Shown here: in pieces, positions 46,872-58,900 of the stretch
How the letters are laid out: each line of letters starts with the position of its first letter
How positions within the stretch are numbered: position 1 is the first letter of the stretch
Assembly (NCBI GenBank): GCA_020137815.1
Contig: CM035358.1
Location: forward strand, 6,262,001-6,326,000
Source: Hormiphora californensis
Taxonomy: Eukaryota > Animalia > Ctenophora
Reading direction: 5' to 3'
Length of the DNA stretch: 64,000 nucleotides
The notes under the pieces: generated by a model
What the model saw: the letters and a program-made list of their open reading frames with translations, nothing else
What the model was told of the DNA's origin: nothing
The model's database searches: none
Program-made: the position numbers and the translations under genes

Positions 46872-49800
46872 TATTTTCTGGGTAGTTACAGACAGACACA
46901 CAATACAAGCTCAGTTTTGTAGCAATTTTCTCGATTTATTTTCATCTAAATTTGGAACAAACACAAGGTAGCTCGCTTCTACAATTTTCTCGCTATCCCT
47001 ATCTGTCTATCTCTCTCCATCACAGTCAACTAATGAACCCATGGGAGGTCATGTGAGGGCAAGTTGTAAGGAAACATATCATACTGTGTGTCATGACAGA
47101 ACCTCACGTGCCAACTAGCAGAAACACCAACAAATTGGAGTTTGGATCACCTTTTATCCACTACCCAGGTCCCAGGAAACAATATCCCCCCAATGAAGTC
47201 AGCCCTGCCCCCTACCTAACAAGACCAACCCCCTCCCCAGCCCTGCCCAAGGCCCCTACCTACCCAGCCCCCCTCCCCGAGCCAGCCCTACCCCAGTACC
47301 CACCTCAGGAACAGGTAGGTTCCGCAGTACATTATATGTTGTGTGTGCTAGTGGTAGAGGTCTCTTCCCCACGTGTATCTCTAGATCGTGATACAACACA
47401 GCACGGTGGTCTAATGTTATGGTGACGTCAGTCTCCACCATGTCCGCGCCATGTTGGTAGGCTAGCAGTAGAGAGGAATATGTGTTCTCCGGTACACAGG
47501 GGAAACTGGGAGGGAATGTGGTTGTTGAACTGGGGGGAGGGGATATGTTATTAAAAAAGTTAGGGAGGGAATCGGTAATCCAGAATATACGTGTATGTTG
47601 CACGTTCCTGGCGGGACGCGAGAGATTGAGGCTTTGCAAAAAATCATGGGTCTGAACTCTGAACTTATATAAAAACTCACTGATCAAAAAGTTCCCTATC
47701 AGTATCAGTGACACCGCAACCACGATGCCCAATTTCAAGGGGAGTGGAGGTTGGGATCATTGGCTGGGAAGCAACATCCTGTAGCTTCACTGAATCGAGG
47801 CCTTTAATTCCAACCACGTTACCTGGAAAATAAACTGTTAGAAACTTGAGGTTGAGACTGGAGGGTCTCCGACTAACTGGAATCCATGTACGGGTGCAAC
47901 TTTTTAATTTCTTTTTATCCTAGCACGGTCAGTCGACTCAAGGGTGCAAGATGGGTCTTCATGTGGAGTGAAGTTACTGTATGTTAGGAAAAATGAGATA
48001 TTGATTGTCTTAAAAAGGATATGATTACAATATGTAAATATCCAATTCTTAGTACTGCTTAACAAATCATGAACACCCGTTTGTTTGTCTAACTAGCGTT
48101 TAGCACAGGCAATAAGCCAACTGTTTGAACTTCACACTTTGTAGATGAACAACTGTGAAGTGATCACTCGATCACCTCGAGGTGCTACTTAGTACTTGTG
48201 TAAATAATAATATCTGCATCCAAAGTTTGTTTACTAGATTCACTCCTAGATATATTTCTCTAATACAAAGAGATGTAATATCGCCTGATTTATTGACAGG
48301 GCGTGCCTCAATCTCTATCACAAATAAAGTTATATCTCAATCTCTGCATCTCTTATTCATTATCTTACAGCCGACATTGATACTGATTCTCTCCTCTAAT
48401 TTCTACACACACTGTACCACCACACAGACGTACCAACTACCACCACACACTACTCCGTATTACAAAGAACAGCTGCATGTCATTAGTATATTCAGCTCGT
48501 AGCTGACCTCTCGAGAGACAGGAGAGGATAGATACGATCTGTTATGTTCTAACCCTCCTGGAGCGCGGGAGACAGGGTCGAGCAGGGCAAGATTTGTTAC
48601 TTTCGTAACCCTCGCTTCGCACCGGGCCGGAGGCGTAATCTGACAAGGCAAGATACGAACTGAATGAGTTAGGATCCTAACTGGGTAAACTTACATTCTA
48701 AAACTCCCACTATTTTATCAGACAGGTTAACAATAGGCAACTTCAGATCACCATGTCCCAGGTTTTGGGAGGCATCTAGAGATAGATAGGACCGTCCCAC
48801 TGCAAGAGGATTGCCACCGATACCAATCGTTATCTCACACCTCTGAAAAAGAGGGGTAGATGAGTAGAAGGAATTTATTCCTTGTCATCAAACTAGCAAT
48901 TACGTAATAGTTTACATATTATGCTCTAACAAAAGTTGTTTAAAAACAATTCTGTAACATACATTACGTAACTGCCATCTGCCAGCTGGTATGCAGTTTA
49001 ATTACTGAAACTTATGTCATGAGTCTTTCCATGAGACATGTAGAGAAAACTGGTATTATATACTGAGTGTTAACACCTACCACATGATTATCAGATCGTG
49101 AGCTGAAGCAGTAGTTGAGGACTCCACCCTCACCAAATTGTGTCCCCTCTGCCCCCTGTTTACCATAAGAAGGGGTAGCGTTACCATGGTTACCATGGTT
49201 ACCAACGTTGGTATAGGAGCACATGTGAACTGGGTGGGAATCCTGGGAGAAATCTAGTTTAGATCATTCGTACTTTGTGGGCGGTTAAAATTATAGAGAT
49301 GGGAATTATCTTAGGGACTTTGTGTGGTAGGCGGTTAAAGTTGTAGAGCTGGAGATGATATAAACGCATTTATAATAAAGCTTGAGAGGTGTGTTGGATG
49401 TAATTATGCTATATGCTATATATAGTTTATTCGATGACTTCTAGGCGGGAAGCAATTGGATATATTGCCCAATTATTATATATTATACGGCCTACGGGGT
49501 GTGTGTTCACAATATTCGATTTCCTCCCGCCTCAGATTGTTAGTCTCGAGGGAATTCATGATATTAAGTCACTGATAATATTAAGTCATCGCGAAGGAAC
49601 TTCCCGCCACAGCACTCTCTTTGAACAGAAGAGAACCGGATTTTTGCCGAGGTTGTGAGAAAAGAGGGGAGGTGAGGGTGAGTTTTTGGAAGATAACAGC
49701 CAGAAACCGACCGAATTAAGTAAACAGCCAATCAGAACTCGTTATTTAGGTCACGTGACTGGTTATCAGCCAATCAGGGACCAGTATTTCCTGATTCGGT

Positions 49801-52800
49801 CGGTTCCTGATAATAGCTGACATTTACTAACAAGAAGATGATTAGAAATAAGAATTGGACCTTCTTAGAAGGTTCAGCAAGAGAGATAGACATGGGGAAG
49901 GGTTCCATTGGGATTATATCGACTACTAATTGACTACTAATTGAATACTAATTGATTTACTAACCTCAGTACTAAAATGAAAGGTAAGATCAGCGGGTTG
50001 TGATCCATCGAACATGGTAACAGGTGTTGTTAGCCCATCCCCCAACCTGATACAATACTGCGTCTCACCTCGCCGTAACACCTCCGGTAACTCTTCTTCT
50101 GGGGAGAGAGAGAAATGTGTTAACATCCGTGTTAACATCTGTGTTAACCTGTGTTAACAATTAACATGTGATCTGTGTTAACATGTGAGCTGTATGTTTG
50201 TCATGTATGATCTCTGTTTGCTCTTGAATTGGTTAAATCAGTTAGCCCCCGAACTGTCTAAACCACAACACAACTAATGAATGATTCCAACTCACCACGG
50301 CCAATTAGTCGGTGTATAGGTATGAGAGGTCCTGTAGTAGTGTCTACAAAACTGTTTGAAACACTGCAATACCCCTCATCTTCAATACAAATATCGGACA
50401 GGGATACAGCATCAGCTTTTGATGTGGACGGTGGCTCGTTTTCAAGTGAAACCATCATGATTCTAGAACTGGAGCATGGTGTACTTAGGAGCGGGGAAGA
50501 GAGAGAGAAGAAGAAAGAGAAGAAGAAAGAGATAGATAGAGAATGCTAGAATATTGTCTACTGCAAGAACCACCAAAAAACACAAAACACAACCTCAAGC
50601 ATTGTTAAGATAAAATATGTGCGTGATGTGCAGGAGACGCAGTGGTCGGCAATTATAAAATTATATAAAAGTTGAGCGACTTATCACGAGTATGAGCACG
50701 AGCGTCCTATCGCAAGTTAGATGTTAAGATCGATCAGCAGATCAAGACTTTTAATACCAGAAAAGACACAGAGTAAGAGCGGTCTTATATGCAGCATCAT
50801 ACTGTCTTTAAATACAAGAGAGAGCGAGCTCAGAACCGGTTTGTACAACAGGTTTGTAGCGGTCACGTGATCTTTAACATACGGTCATGTGGTAATGAGC
50901 AGGGAAGAGAGAGAGATAGAGATAGATAGAGATAGAGAAAGAGAGAGAGAAAGAGAGAAAGAGAGAGAAGCAGAGCTGTAAGGAAATGCCCTGTACTAGA
51001 AAAAGACACCGGTAGGGCGACTCAAAGACGCATACGCAACAGCACAGGACCGCCTTAGAATAATAATAGAAAATATTATCAAAAATAACCACAGAATTAC
51101 TGATGTTATATACAGGACCGCCCTAACAAAACCCCGTGAGGAAACAAAAGACCACACCTACAACAAAACGAGGAGGGGTCGCCCCATTGTTATAGCAACG
51201 AGAATGAACTTCCGAAAGCTCTCGAAAGCAATTAATGGAGGTGTGTATGTCGTGTGGGAGAAAAGGTGGGATTGTCATGTGAGGTGTGACGTCGGTTCTA
51301 ATGACACAATCTGATTCTAGAATGTATGCTTATTATCTATCTCTCTCACTCTCTCCTTCTCTTTTTTTTCTATCTCTCCCCTAACTCATCCCCTAACTCA
51401 TCCTCACTACTCACCATGTTGATCTGCAATCTTCTCAAACAAACGCTGTTGCCGACTGGCATGGAACCACCTGAGAGGAGAGAGAGGGACCGTTAGACAC
51501 AGCCTCCCCAGGTGTGTACCTGCTGTGAATTCATTAATATCCCAGGGAGATCTGGGCGACATAGAGTTTTAAAAATAAATAATTCCGGAAGAGTTTCCAG
51601 CAGGAGCTACCGTGTTAGACTTGTTGAGTAACAAGGTTAGAACATGGTGTGGTACTTTGATTTGATTTGAAAATTGAGCGGTTGCCATGGGCGTGAACCC
51701 CATTTGGGGACCCTACGCACGGGGTCCAATCACTTAGTGATATATCAGTACGGCCGTGAATGAAGGGCGGTACTTACCTGTGTAGGAACGCAACACTATT
51801 CTCCTGTAAAAGTGGCGTGAATAGAGGTACTAACTCAGTAGTACTCAGAGTACCTATATATTATCTGAGATAGGTACACCTAGAAAGAAAAGGGCAGATT
51901 GTTAATAAATGGGTTTTTATGCTTACATTATGAGGCATGCCATCATGCACTAGAACCTTAAAGGAATCATAAAATCCATCAAAGTAAACAACTAAAATCC
52001 GTCAAAGAAAACAACACAGCAAAGATTGGTTTGAGGGTTAGATTTGCTCCTTTATAAACACAGCAAGTGAACCTTACCGATCGGTAGATATTGGAGTAGT
52101 GAGTTGGTAGGCAGGAGAGAGTGGTGGTGCTCGGTAGTCATCTTCTTCCTCTTCTGTCTGTTCAGAAGCAGTTGTACCCGGTTCAAAGAAAACGTGGAAA
52201 TTACGAACTGTAGACGACTGAGAGAGATAGATGGGTTTGTTGTTTCTAAGTCGGTTCGCCCGAAGTGACCACATGAGTAGGCAATATGCAGACGACATAT
52301 ATATTGAACTAGCGCACCCATTGGTTGCGCCTCAAGTAAGGCCTTTTGATAACCCACCCGGCTTCGCCGGGTGGTTCTTTTCGCCCTTTCAACGTCAACA
52401 CGGTTGCCATGGCAACTGAATTGGTAACTATGGGGACTGGTATGTTAAAAGTCATTCAAAAATATTGACAAACTTTCACTGGAAGTTCCAAAAGTGTGAG
52501 CAACAGCTTTACAGCTTTGGTCACATTGAAATGTTTTATGAAGGAGCAGTCTGTCGCTTAGATACCGCTGAACGAACGACCACCACTTTGTTACTGCTAG
52601 CTTGGCTGTCTAGAAACTTGGTATTTTACAGCTGGATGTCTAGAAACTTAGTGTTCTGATTTACCTGTTTTATTCTTCGCACCCCACGGTTATAACAAGT
52701 GTTTTACCTGGTTGCCTTCCTGTTTCCCCGGGTTTGAACAAAACAATTACCTGGTGGGTGCGCCTCAAGTAAGGGCTTTTTGATAACCCACCCGGCTTCG

Positions 52801-53184
52801 CCGGGTGGTTCTTTTTGCCCCTTTTAACGGTTGCCATGGCAACTGAATTGGTAACTATGGGGAATGGCCTGTTAAAAGTCATTCGAAATATTAAGAAACT
52901 TCAACTGGAACTTCAGAAAGTGTGAATAACAGCTTTACAGCTTTCGTCATATGAAGTGTTTTATGAAGGAGCACTGTCGCTTAGATACCGCTGAACGAAC
53001 GGCCACCACTTCGACGTTCATCTCCAAATTATAATAGAGATAGGAAGCAAGAGAGAATAGTCTCCTGGCATTGCTTAGTGAGCAACAAGATATCCTTTAA
53101 CACACTTACCGGGCGGGTAACAGATTTAGTTGCGAGGAGTTCGATCACCTTGCCACACTTCGAAAGGGCACCAGCGGGAAGCAT
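43621..53184 (-). CDS. GPCPD1: Glycerophosphocholine phosphodiesterase GPCPD1/GDE5 (multi-exon)
   Basis: GDPD motifs PLEIGHRGCG (~47720), PENT...AYQHGADMVETDV.....AVLYHD (47270-47500), FVWGFHN (~44000) and VDGIIYDRIY (last exon). Upstream exons (53184-53110, 52217-52079, 51879-51778, 51470-51415 etc.) fit a divergent CBM20-like N-terminus but are less certain. Confidence 0.85.
44756..45066 (-). repeat. G-rich tandem copies of a GPCPD1 3' splice junction
   Basis: Variants of GGGGCTGGGGTGGTACCCTGTAG occur about 6 times; the first is the real acceptor plus exon start on the minus strand. Confidence 0.8.
45819..46050 (+). repeat. 47-50-bp minisatellite, about 5 copies
   Basis: Unit GTATTAGAGGGCGGGGTAGT(AGT)GATGGTCATAGTGAATTAGTGGAGAT. 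Confidence 0.9.
49701..49809. mobile_element. 109-bp MITE, copy 3
   Basis: Full length; TSD ATAACAGC / ATAATAGC (1 mismatch). Confidence 0.9.
52309..53012 (-). mobile_element. Tandemly duplicated Helitron-like fragment
   Basis: Two ~260-bp copies (52322-52590 and 52755-53012). Minus-strand end GCGCAACCAATGGGTGCG-CTAG|T, plus hairpin CACCCGGC-TTC-GCCGGGTG. No TSD seen. Confidence 0.5.
52403..52416. promoter_or_regulatory. Perfect RFX X-box palindrome (second copy 52830-52843)
   Basis: GTTGCCATGGCAAC is an exact match to the canonical X-box. Confidence 0.6.
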
Positions 53185-54015
53185 ATCGCCTTACTGGAAA
53201 TAGAACCTGTATTCGCATGAAAATGGAGATATATCAAACAATTTGTGTCGCATTTCGCAAAGACAATAGTCAATACTGAGTGAGCTGTGAGTTACAAATG
53301 CCTTTTGGAGGGGTCCCCATCTGTAGAATGCCAAATATTTGGCATCTACAATTACACAAGCTGTGTGGTACACTTTTATCTGGTAGATAATCGATAATCC
53401 TAACCAATAACGCAAACTGGTGGTTAACCTAAACTTTCAACCACCGAAATCAATTATATTTTTAGGAAAACCGGACTCAACGGGCAAAATTGACAAACTG
53501 ATATGCATCAGCAACGAAACTAAAGACAATTTAAACTTTTCTAGCAGCATAGGGACCCTCAAAAAGACATTTGGCAAGCTTACAAAATACAAGACAGAAT
53601 TTTGTCATAAATCATACTATTATTAAAGCAAATAGGGAAATCCAGTGTAACGTTTTTTACCAAACTAGAGAGCCCAGGCAAAAGACCCAAAACTACTCTC
53701 GCCCCCTACTGACTCCCCCCACCCCTATCGAATCCTCTCAATATCTACTGACTGCTCTCGCCCCACATTATTGAATACTCATTCCTCAACACCCTCCTTC
53801 CCCCCGCCCCCGCTATGTTGACCAACTCACCCCATAACCCCCTTACAGCCAGTTGGAGTCCTATAACATCCCCCCCCCGTCTCCATGTCTCTCTCTCCCC
53901 CTCTCCATCTCCCTCTCTTTCCCTGTCCCCTCTCCAATGGATAGTCTCCATCTATCCCCTATCCCCCTCTCTCTCTCTATCCCTCTCACCCCATCATTCG
54001 ATTCCCTCCCCCCCC

Positions 54016-54127
<112 letters not shown>

Positions 54128-55075
54128 CCTCTCTCCCCCTCTTTCTCTCTATCGTCGTTTCTTCATATCGGGCTGGTGAATATAATGGAAGCTGGTACAG
54201 GGAAGTCTTTAGAGTACTGCAGCTGAAGAACATACCGAATCAGGTGATAAAGATCCGTAGAACTGGAGCTGTGTAGAGTTATTAAAGCTGGGATACGAAT
54301 TGGTAGAAAAGCTGTGGCATTCATCGGGGCCGCAGCAGTAGATGGCCAAGCACCACAAAACACGACAGGAACACGCAATAAAACACCCAACAACATGCAC
54401 GTGCAGTATTAACACTCTTGCCCACCATCATGGCAACTCCCCAAACCCCCCACCAACCACCCCTAACAACACGCCAATTTTCCACGTGCAAACCCTAAAA
54501 ACCCCCTCCCCCAAATTTTGTCTTGCAAGGTTCTCTGCTTTATAATATAGATATGGCATTTTGCACGTGCAGGTTTAGAGGTGGAGTACTTCTAGCTGGA
54601 GTGGGGCCAGGGCTGGGAGCCGTTACCAAGGATTGTTACTATTGTAGTGCAGTTGCACGTGCATCTGATCTTGCTTTGTATTGTCACTGTTCCAGCTATT
54701 TTGCTCTCTTCAACAACTGCTGATATACGACAGCGACAATTGGAGTTACTCATGCAAGATCCGACCGCCGTTCTCTACTTTTCCATACACTGAGGGGTTA
54801 AAATGCAGCAACACCAAGAGAAGTACAGAGAGAACGAACAAGATGTTGGAGATTAAACAGAACCGATAATCAATCTCAGAGATTAAGGCAGATGACCACA
54901 ATCTGACGAAATGCGAGGAATCTGCAAAATAGTAAGTTTTTTTTATCACTTTGATCGCCTGATCATCTTCTGGCGTTCTAAAACTCGCAGCGATCCCGCC
55001 TCAGCTCCTTTTACGTTGCCGTAGGGATAGTGCATGTCAACAGTATTTCCTAATCCAGCTACCATTTCCGCGAAA

Positions 55076-55104
55076 TTCGCCCGTAGGGCGAACGGGTTTA
55101 CTAG
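55076..55104 (+). mobile_element. Helitron-type 3' terminus
   Basis: CCCGT-AGGGCGA-ACGGG (alternative fold TTCGCCC-GTA-GGGCGAA), then TTTA-CTAG|T. 5' end not located. Confidence 0.5.
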
Positions 55105-55386
55105 TTGCATGAAAGCAAGGATTTTTCGAATTTCCAAACAGGTTCGAAAATTTAAGATCTTTTGGTGGAACTTTGAAACACATCAAAACAAATTGTTTGA
55201 GGCGCGCGGCTTTGATAAAGAGCACCCGCGCTTCAGTAAACGCAGCGAACTTCTCAAAAACATGCGACTCACAATTACAGGTCAGAATTATCAATATCCA
55301 GCCCATCTCCTGGAAATTATTCCCTACCGAAGCGCAGTGGGTGACATCTGACACCAGTGGTAGTGATCACAGTCTAGTCACAGTGC

Positions 55387-55570
55387 GTGCCGTCATACAG
55401 TCACACTTGAGTGACGTGTGACTGTATGACGACATACCGCGGCACCCTTGTCTCATATAAGACCCTCCTCTTCTCACCGGGCCGAAGGCCCGGTGCGGCT
55501 ACGTGAGGCCGCGTAGCGAGGAGGTTGCATCGAGGTTGCGCGATGTACAGTCAGTGTATGACAACGGCAC
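55387..55570. mobile_element. Multi-hairpin element without TSD
   Basis: Hairpins GTCATACAGTCACAC/GTGTGACTGTATGAC, CACCGGGCC-GAA-GGCCCGGTG and GCTACG/CGTAGC. Ends GTGCCGTCATACA / TGTATGACAACGGCAC. Confidence 0.55.
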
Positions 55571-55948
55571 CCACCCAATTTGACACTGTCATTCAATGAC
55601 ATTGTGATTGACTTGAGTGCATGCAATATCAAGTATCAAAATGGGGTCAGCTGCAGTACCGCCAGACGCCCATACTGATACAGATTGTTGACAAGAACTT
55701 GAAGGGGCATATCTCAAGGGGTTAAATAAAATCGAAATCTATCCGTTGTATTACACACACACACTAACAAAATATTCCCGATCCTCCTTCACCTTTCAAT
55801 CAATAGAAAATAGTTTACTGTTACAGCACAGTCACCCATGTACTCTCTTAATTGAGTTCATTGTCTGCGAAAGGTTCACTTCCAAATCCCCACACATTTT
55901 AGTAGGCTTGTCAGCTAAACACTAACTAGAAAGTGTATTGGGAGCTCT

Positions 55949-58900
55949 CTAGAAAGTGTATTGGGAGCTCTCTCTTGACATTGTTTCATTGTCCTCTGGG
56001 AAGGTGAAGGGTGTGTTGCTGGCCCTATCCGAGTCGTAGGTACTTGCCTGGTTGGGGAAATAAATGGGTCAGTGCCAGATCAAACCGATAAACCGATAAG
56101 ATAATGAGCGGACCACTAAAGTCTGTCAGGCCAATGCTCTGACCACAGTTCTCGCGCGCTCTTTTGAGAGAAGCGAGAATGGGTCAGGCCAATGCTCTGA
56201 CAGACTAAAGTGGGGTTTAGAACAGTGTCCGTGAGCAACAGCGTTGGTCAACAAAAACCACCAAAAATATGCTAGTATTTCGGAAATAATTTATTTCTCT
56301 CAAGTACCTGTGTTCTGGGTAGAATGGACAGACTTGGTCCAGTTATGGCATCTAGTGTAAAGGAGCTGTCCAGACTTGCATTCTTTGCTTTAATGTCCTC
56401 AAGAAGGCTTGATCTCTGTTGCAGACACTCGTTACGAACCTTGTCGTACCGCTGCTGAATCTGAAAAGGGGAATTTAATTCAGTCCCGCGTGTTGTGCCG
56501 TATGGCGACGCCAACCCGAATGTCTTGGTATTTAGTGTGTAATCTCGAGTGTGTAACTCCCGCCCTGTTAGGTAGGCCGACCCGACCCTACTTAGTTAGG
56601 AGGATACAACACGTTGGATGCCTGATAACTTACCTGTGTTAAAAGTTTGTGGCCTTCCGACTTTATCTTTCGGTTTTCATTTGAGATGAAATTAGTCAGA
56701 TCACCCTCGTTGGTGACGACCTGTGTTTTCATTCTGTCCAGGCCACTAGCGATGGGTTTGTCTTTGTCAATCTTCTTGCCCTTCGGTATCATTCGAACAC
56801 CCTAGGGATGGAGATATGGAATTGGGGATATGGGGGATAACTGAGGTATCAGACGGAGCAATTCAAAACCTATAACCATGACCATTCTTGTTTCCTCCCG
56901 GGTTGAATAAGATGTACTTTCTCTCGCTCAAGAGATTGAAAGTTTGCTGGGTAGCGCGATAGAATCAGGAGAGAGGGAAAGGGGGACGCGTACCCAAGCT
57001 CATGGCCTGGGCACCGGTCAGTTTTCCCACCCACGTGAAGAATTCCCATGGAAACCTCCAAATAAAATGCTGAAATAGTGCACTTTCATAACATAAACCA
57101 CCCCGCGCGCTCCGGTTATATGCCGCGCGCGCTAACTAAAGTGTGACTGAGTGCATAACAAGATCTGAATTCCAAACACTCGTGAAATGGTATTTAATGT
57201 TAAGAGAAACTGCCAATTCTAGCGACGCTTAAAAAAGGTGGAAAACAAGACACCATTTACCTTATAGGATCGATACTGTTGCTTTCTTGGTAGGCGTTCA
57301 GAGTTACACACTGGTTTGTAAATATTCGGCAAAATTAGCTCTTTTTGAAGTGCTTTCTTCAGCGATATAACTGCACTTTGAATTTGGGTCGGGATAATAT
57401 CTTCTGGGTCATCATCCACATCAACCAACTCCTCAAACCCCTGTGTGATTGGTTACTTTTAGTGGTACTAACTTACTGAGACAGAAAAAGAAGATACTGT
57501 ACAGGGACTTGTTTTGTTCAAACCCAAATAGGGTCGAGCAAAACAAACAGGGATAGACACACGGTCATTACATTTCTCAAGGCAGATAGGTGCTCTAATA
57601 TTAGAGAAATTTGATGTTTCTTACTTTATACTTGTCGGGAATATGAATGGTACTGGCACTGTAAGATATAATGTCCGGATCGCTATCTTCCTCCTCCTCT
57701 TCCTCTTCACTGTCTTCATAATCTTGGTCCTCAACCTGTGAATCAACACATTATATTACCAACACTGAGAAAAACATTGTGTTTTAATTTGCCTAATATC
57801 AACAGTAATGCTTCCATGGCTTGAAGCTCCTTATTATACTGAGGGGGGGGAGGAGTGAAAATGGTGTATTGTCTGACCTGGGTAAGAAAGACGGCCTCTT
57901 CCCCAGTCCCCTGTTCCTCCTCAGGTACGGGTGATGGGGGCGCTGTTGTCTCAGTCACACAGGTACCTAGGAAGAGAGAGAGGGAGAGAGGAATTAGGTA
58001 ACTATGGTAACGGGAGAGAGGGATTAGGTAACTGTAGTAGCAAGGGGAATCAGGGTGATTTTGCAACAACGGGATATTTTAACTCGGATTGCCAGTTAAA
58101 TATTATAATTAGCACCTGCTGTGGTAGGTGGGGGCAGTGAGAGAGTTGGTGAACTCTCCAAAGCTAGCAGATCCGGGTGTGGCATTCTCGGTAACGGTCT
58201 GGGTGGTTCCCTGACCTTCCTCTGATTCACCGAAACAGTCACAGGGGAGGGTTTCTTAACTTTGGTTGGCGGGTTTCTGATGATTGTTATCCCGTTCCGG
58301 AGAGTTAACTCGTGGGTTAACAGAACAGGTAACCCTCGGCATTGGGTGATAACGGGGTTATTGTGGAGCACTAGTTGGCAGAGTTTAGGCCATAGTGCAC
58401 ATGATAACACTCCCTCTTCCTCAGAAATCTGAAACAATGAATGATCAAGAAACAGTAGGAGATTGGAAAATAAGTTTAATTTTTTGTTCGGTCTGCGTTA
58501 GTATCTGATAAACGCGAAATTCAGACAGCACACTAGAGAGAGAGAGATAGATTGGATGGAGCAAGACGTACCGCGTTGTCGCTGAGAATGAGTGTCTGAA
58601 GTTGAGGGAAGGGTTGTTGAAGGGGCATTGGGGCCGTTTGGAAGGTCGTATCCGCAGTACTCTTACCCTCACTAATCTGGGGAAGCTAGATGTTTGAGGG
58701 TTAGAAATTCGTGAGGTTTCTTTAAAATAAAAACATTTTAATTCTTGTATCGCAAAAGACTCCGAACCGGGCGCAACATTACAATACTTTGACAACCCAA
58801 TTCCCAATCACTTCCATTGGAAGGCAATGAAGTTACCTTCAACTCAAATTAAAATTTACTGATTATAGGAAATCTTACCAAGTAGGCATCGACATTTAGT

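Noticed and set aside
55926-55972. 23-bp duplication spanning the XRRA1 stop codon
   Set aside because: The protein end is unchanged whichever copy is ancestral; no evident consequence.
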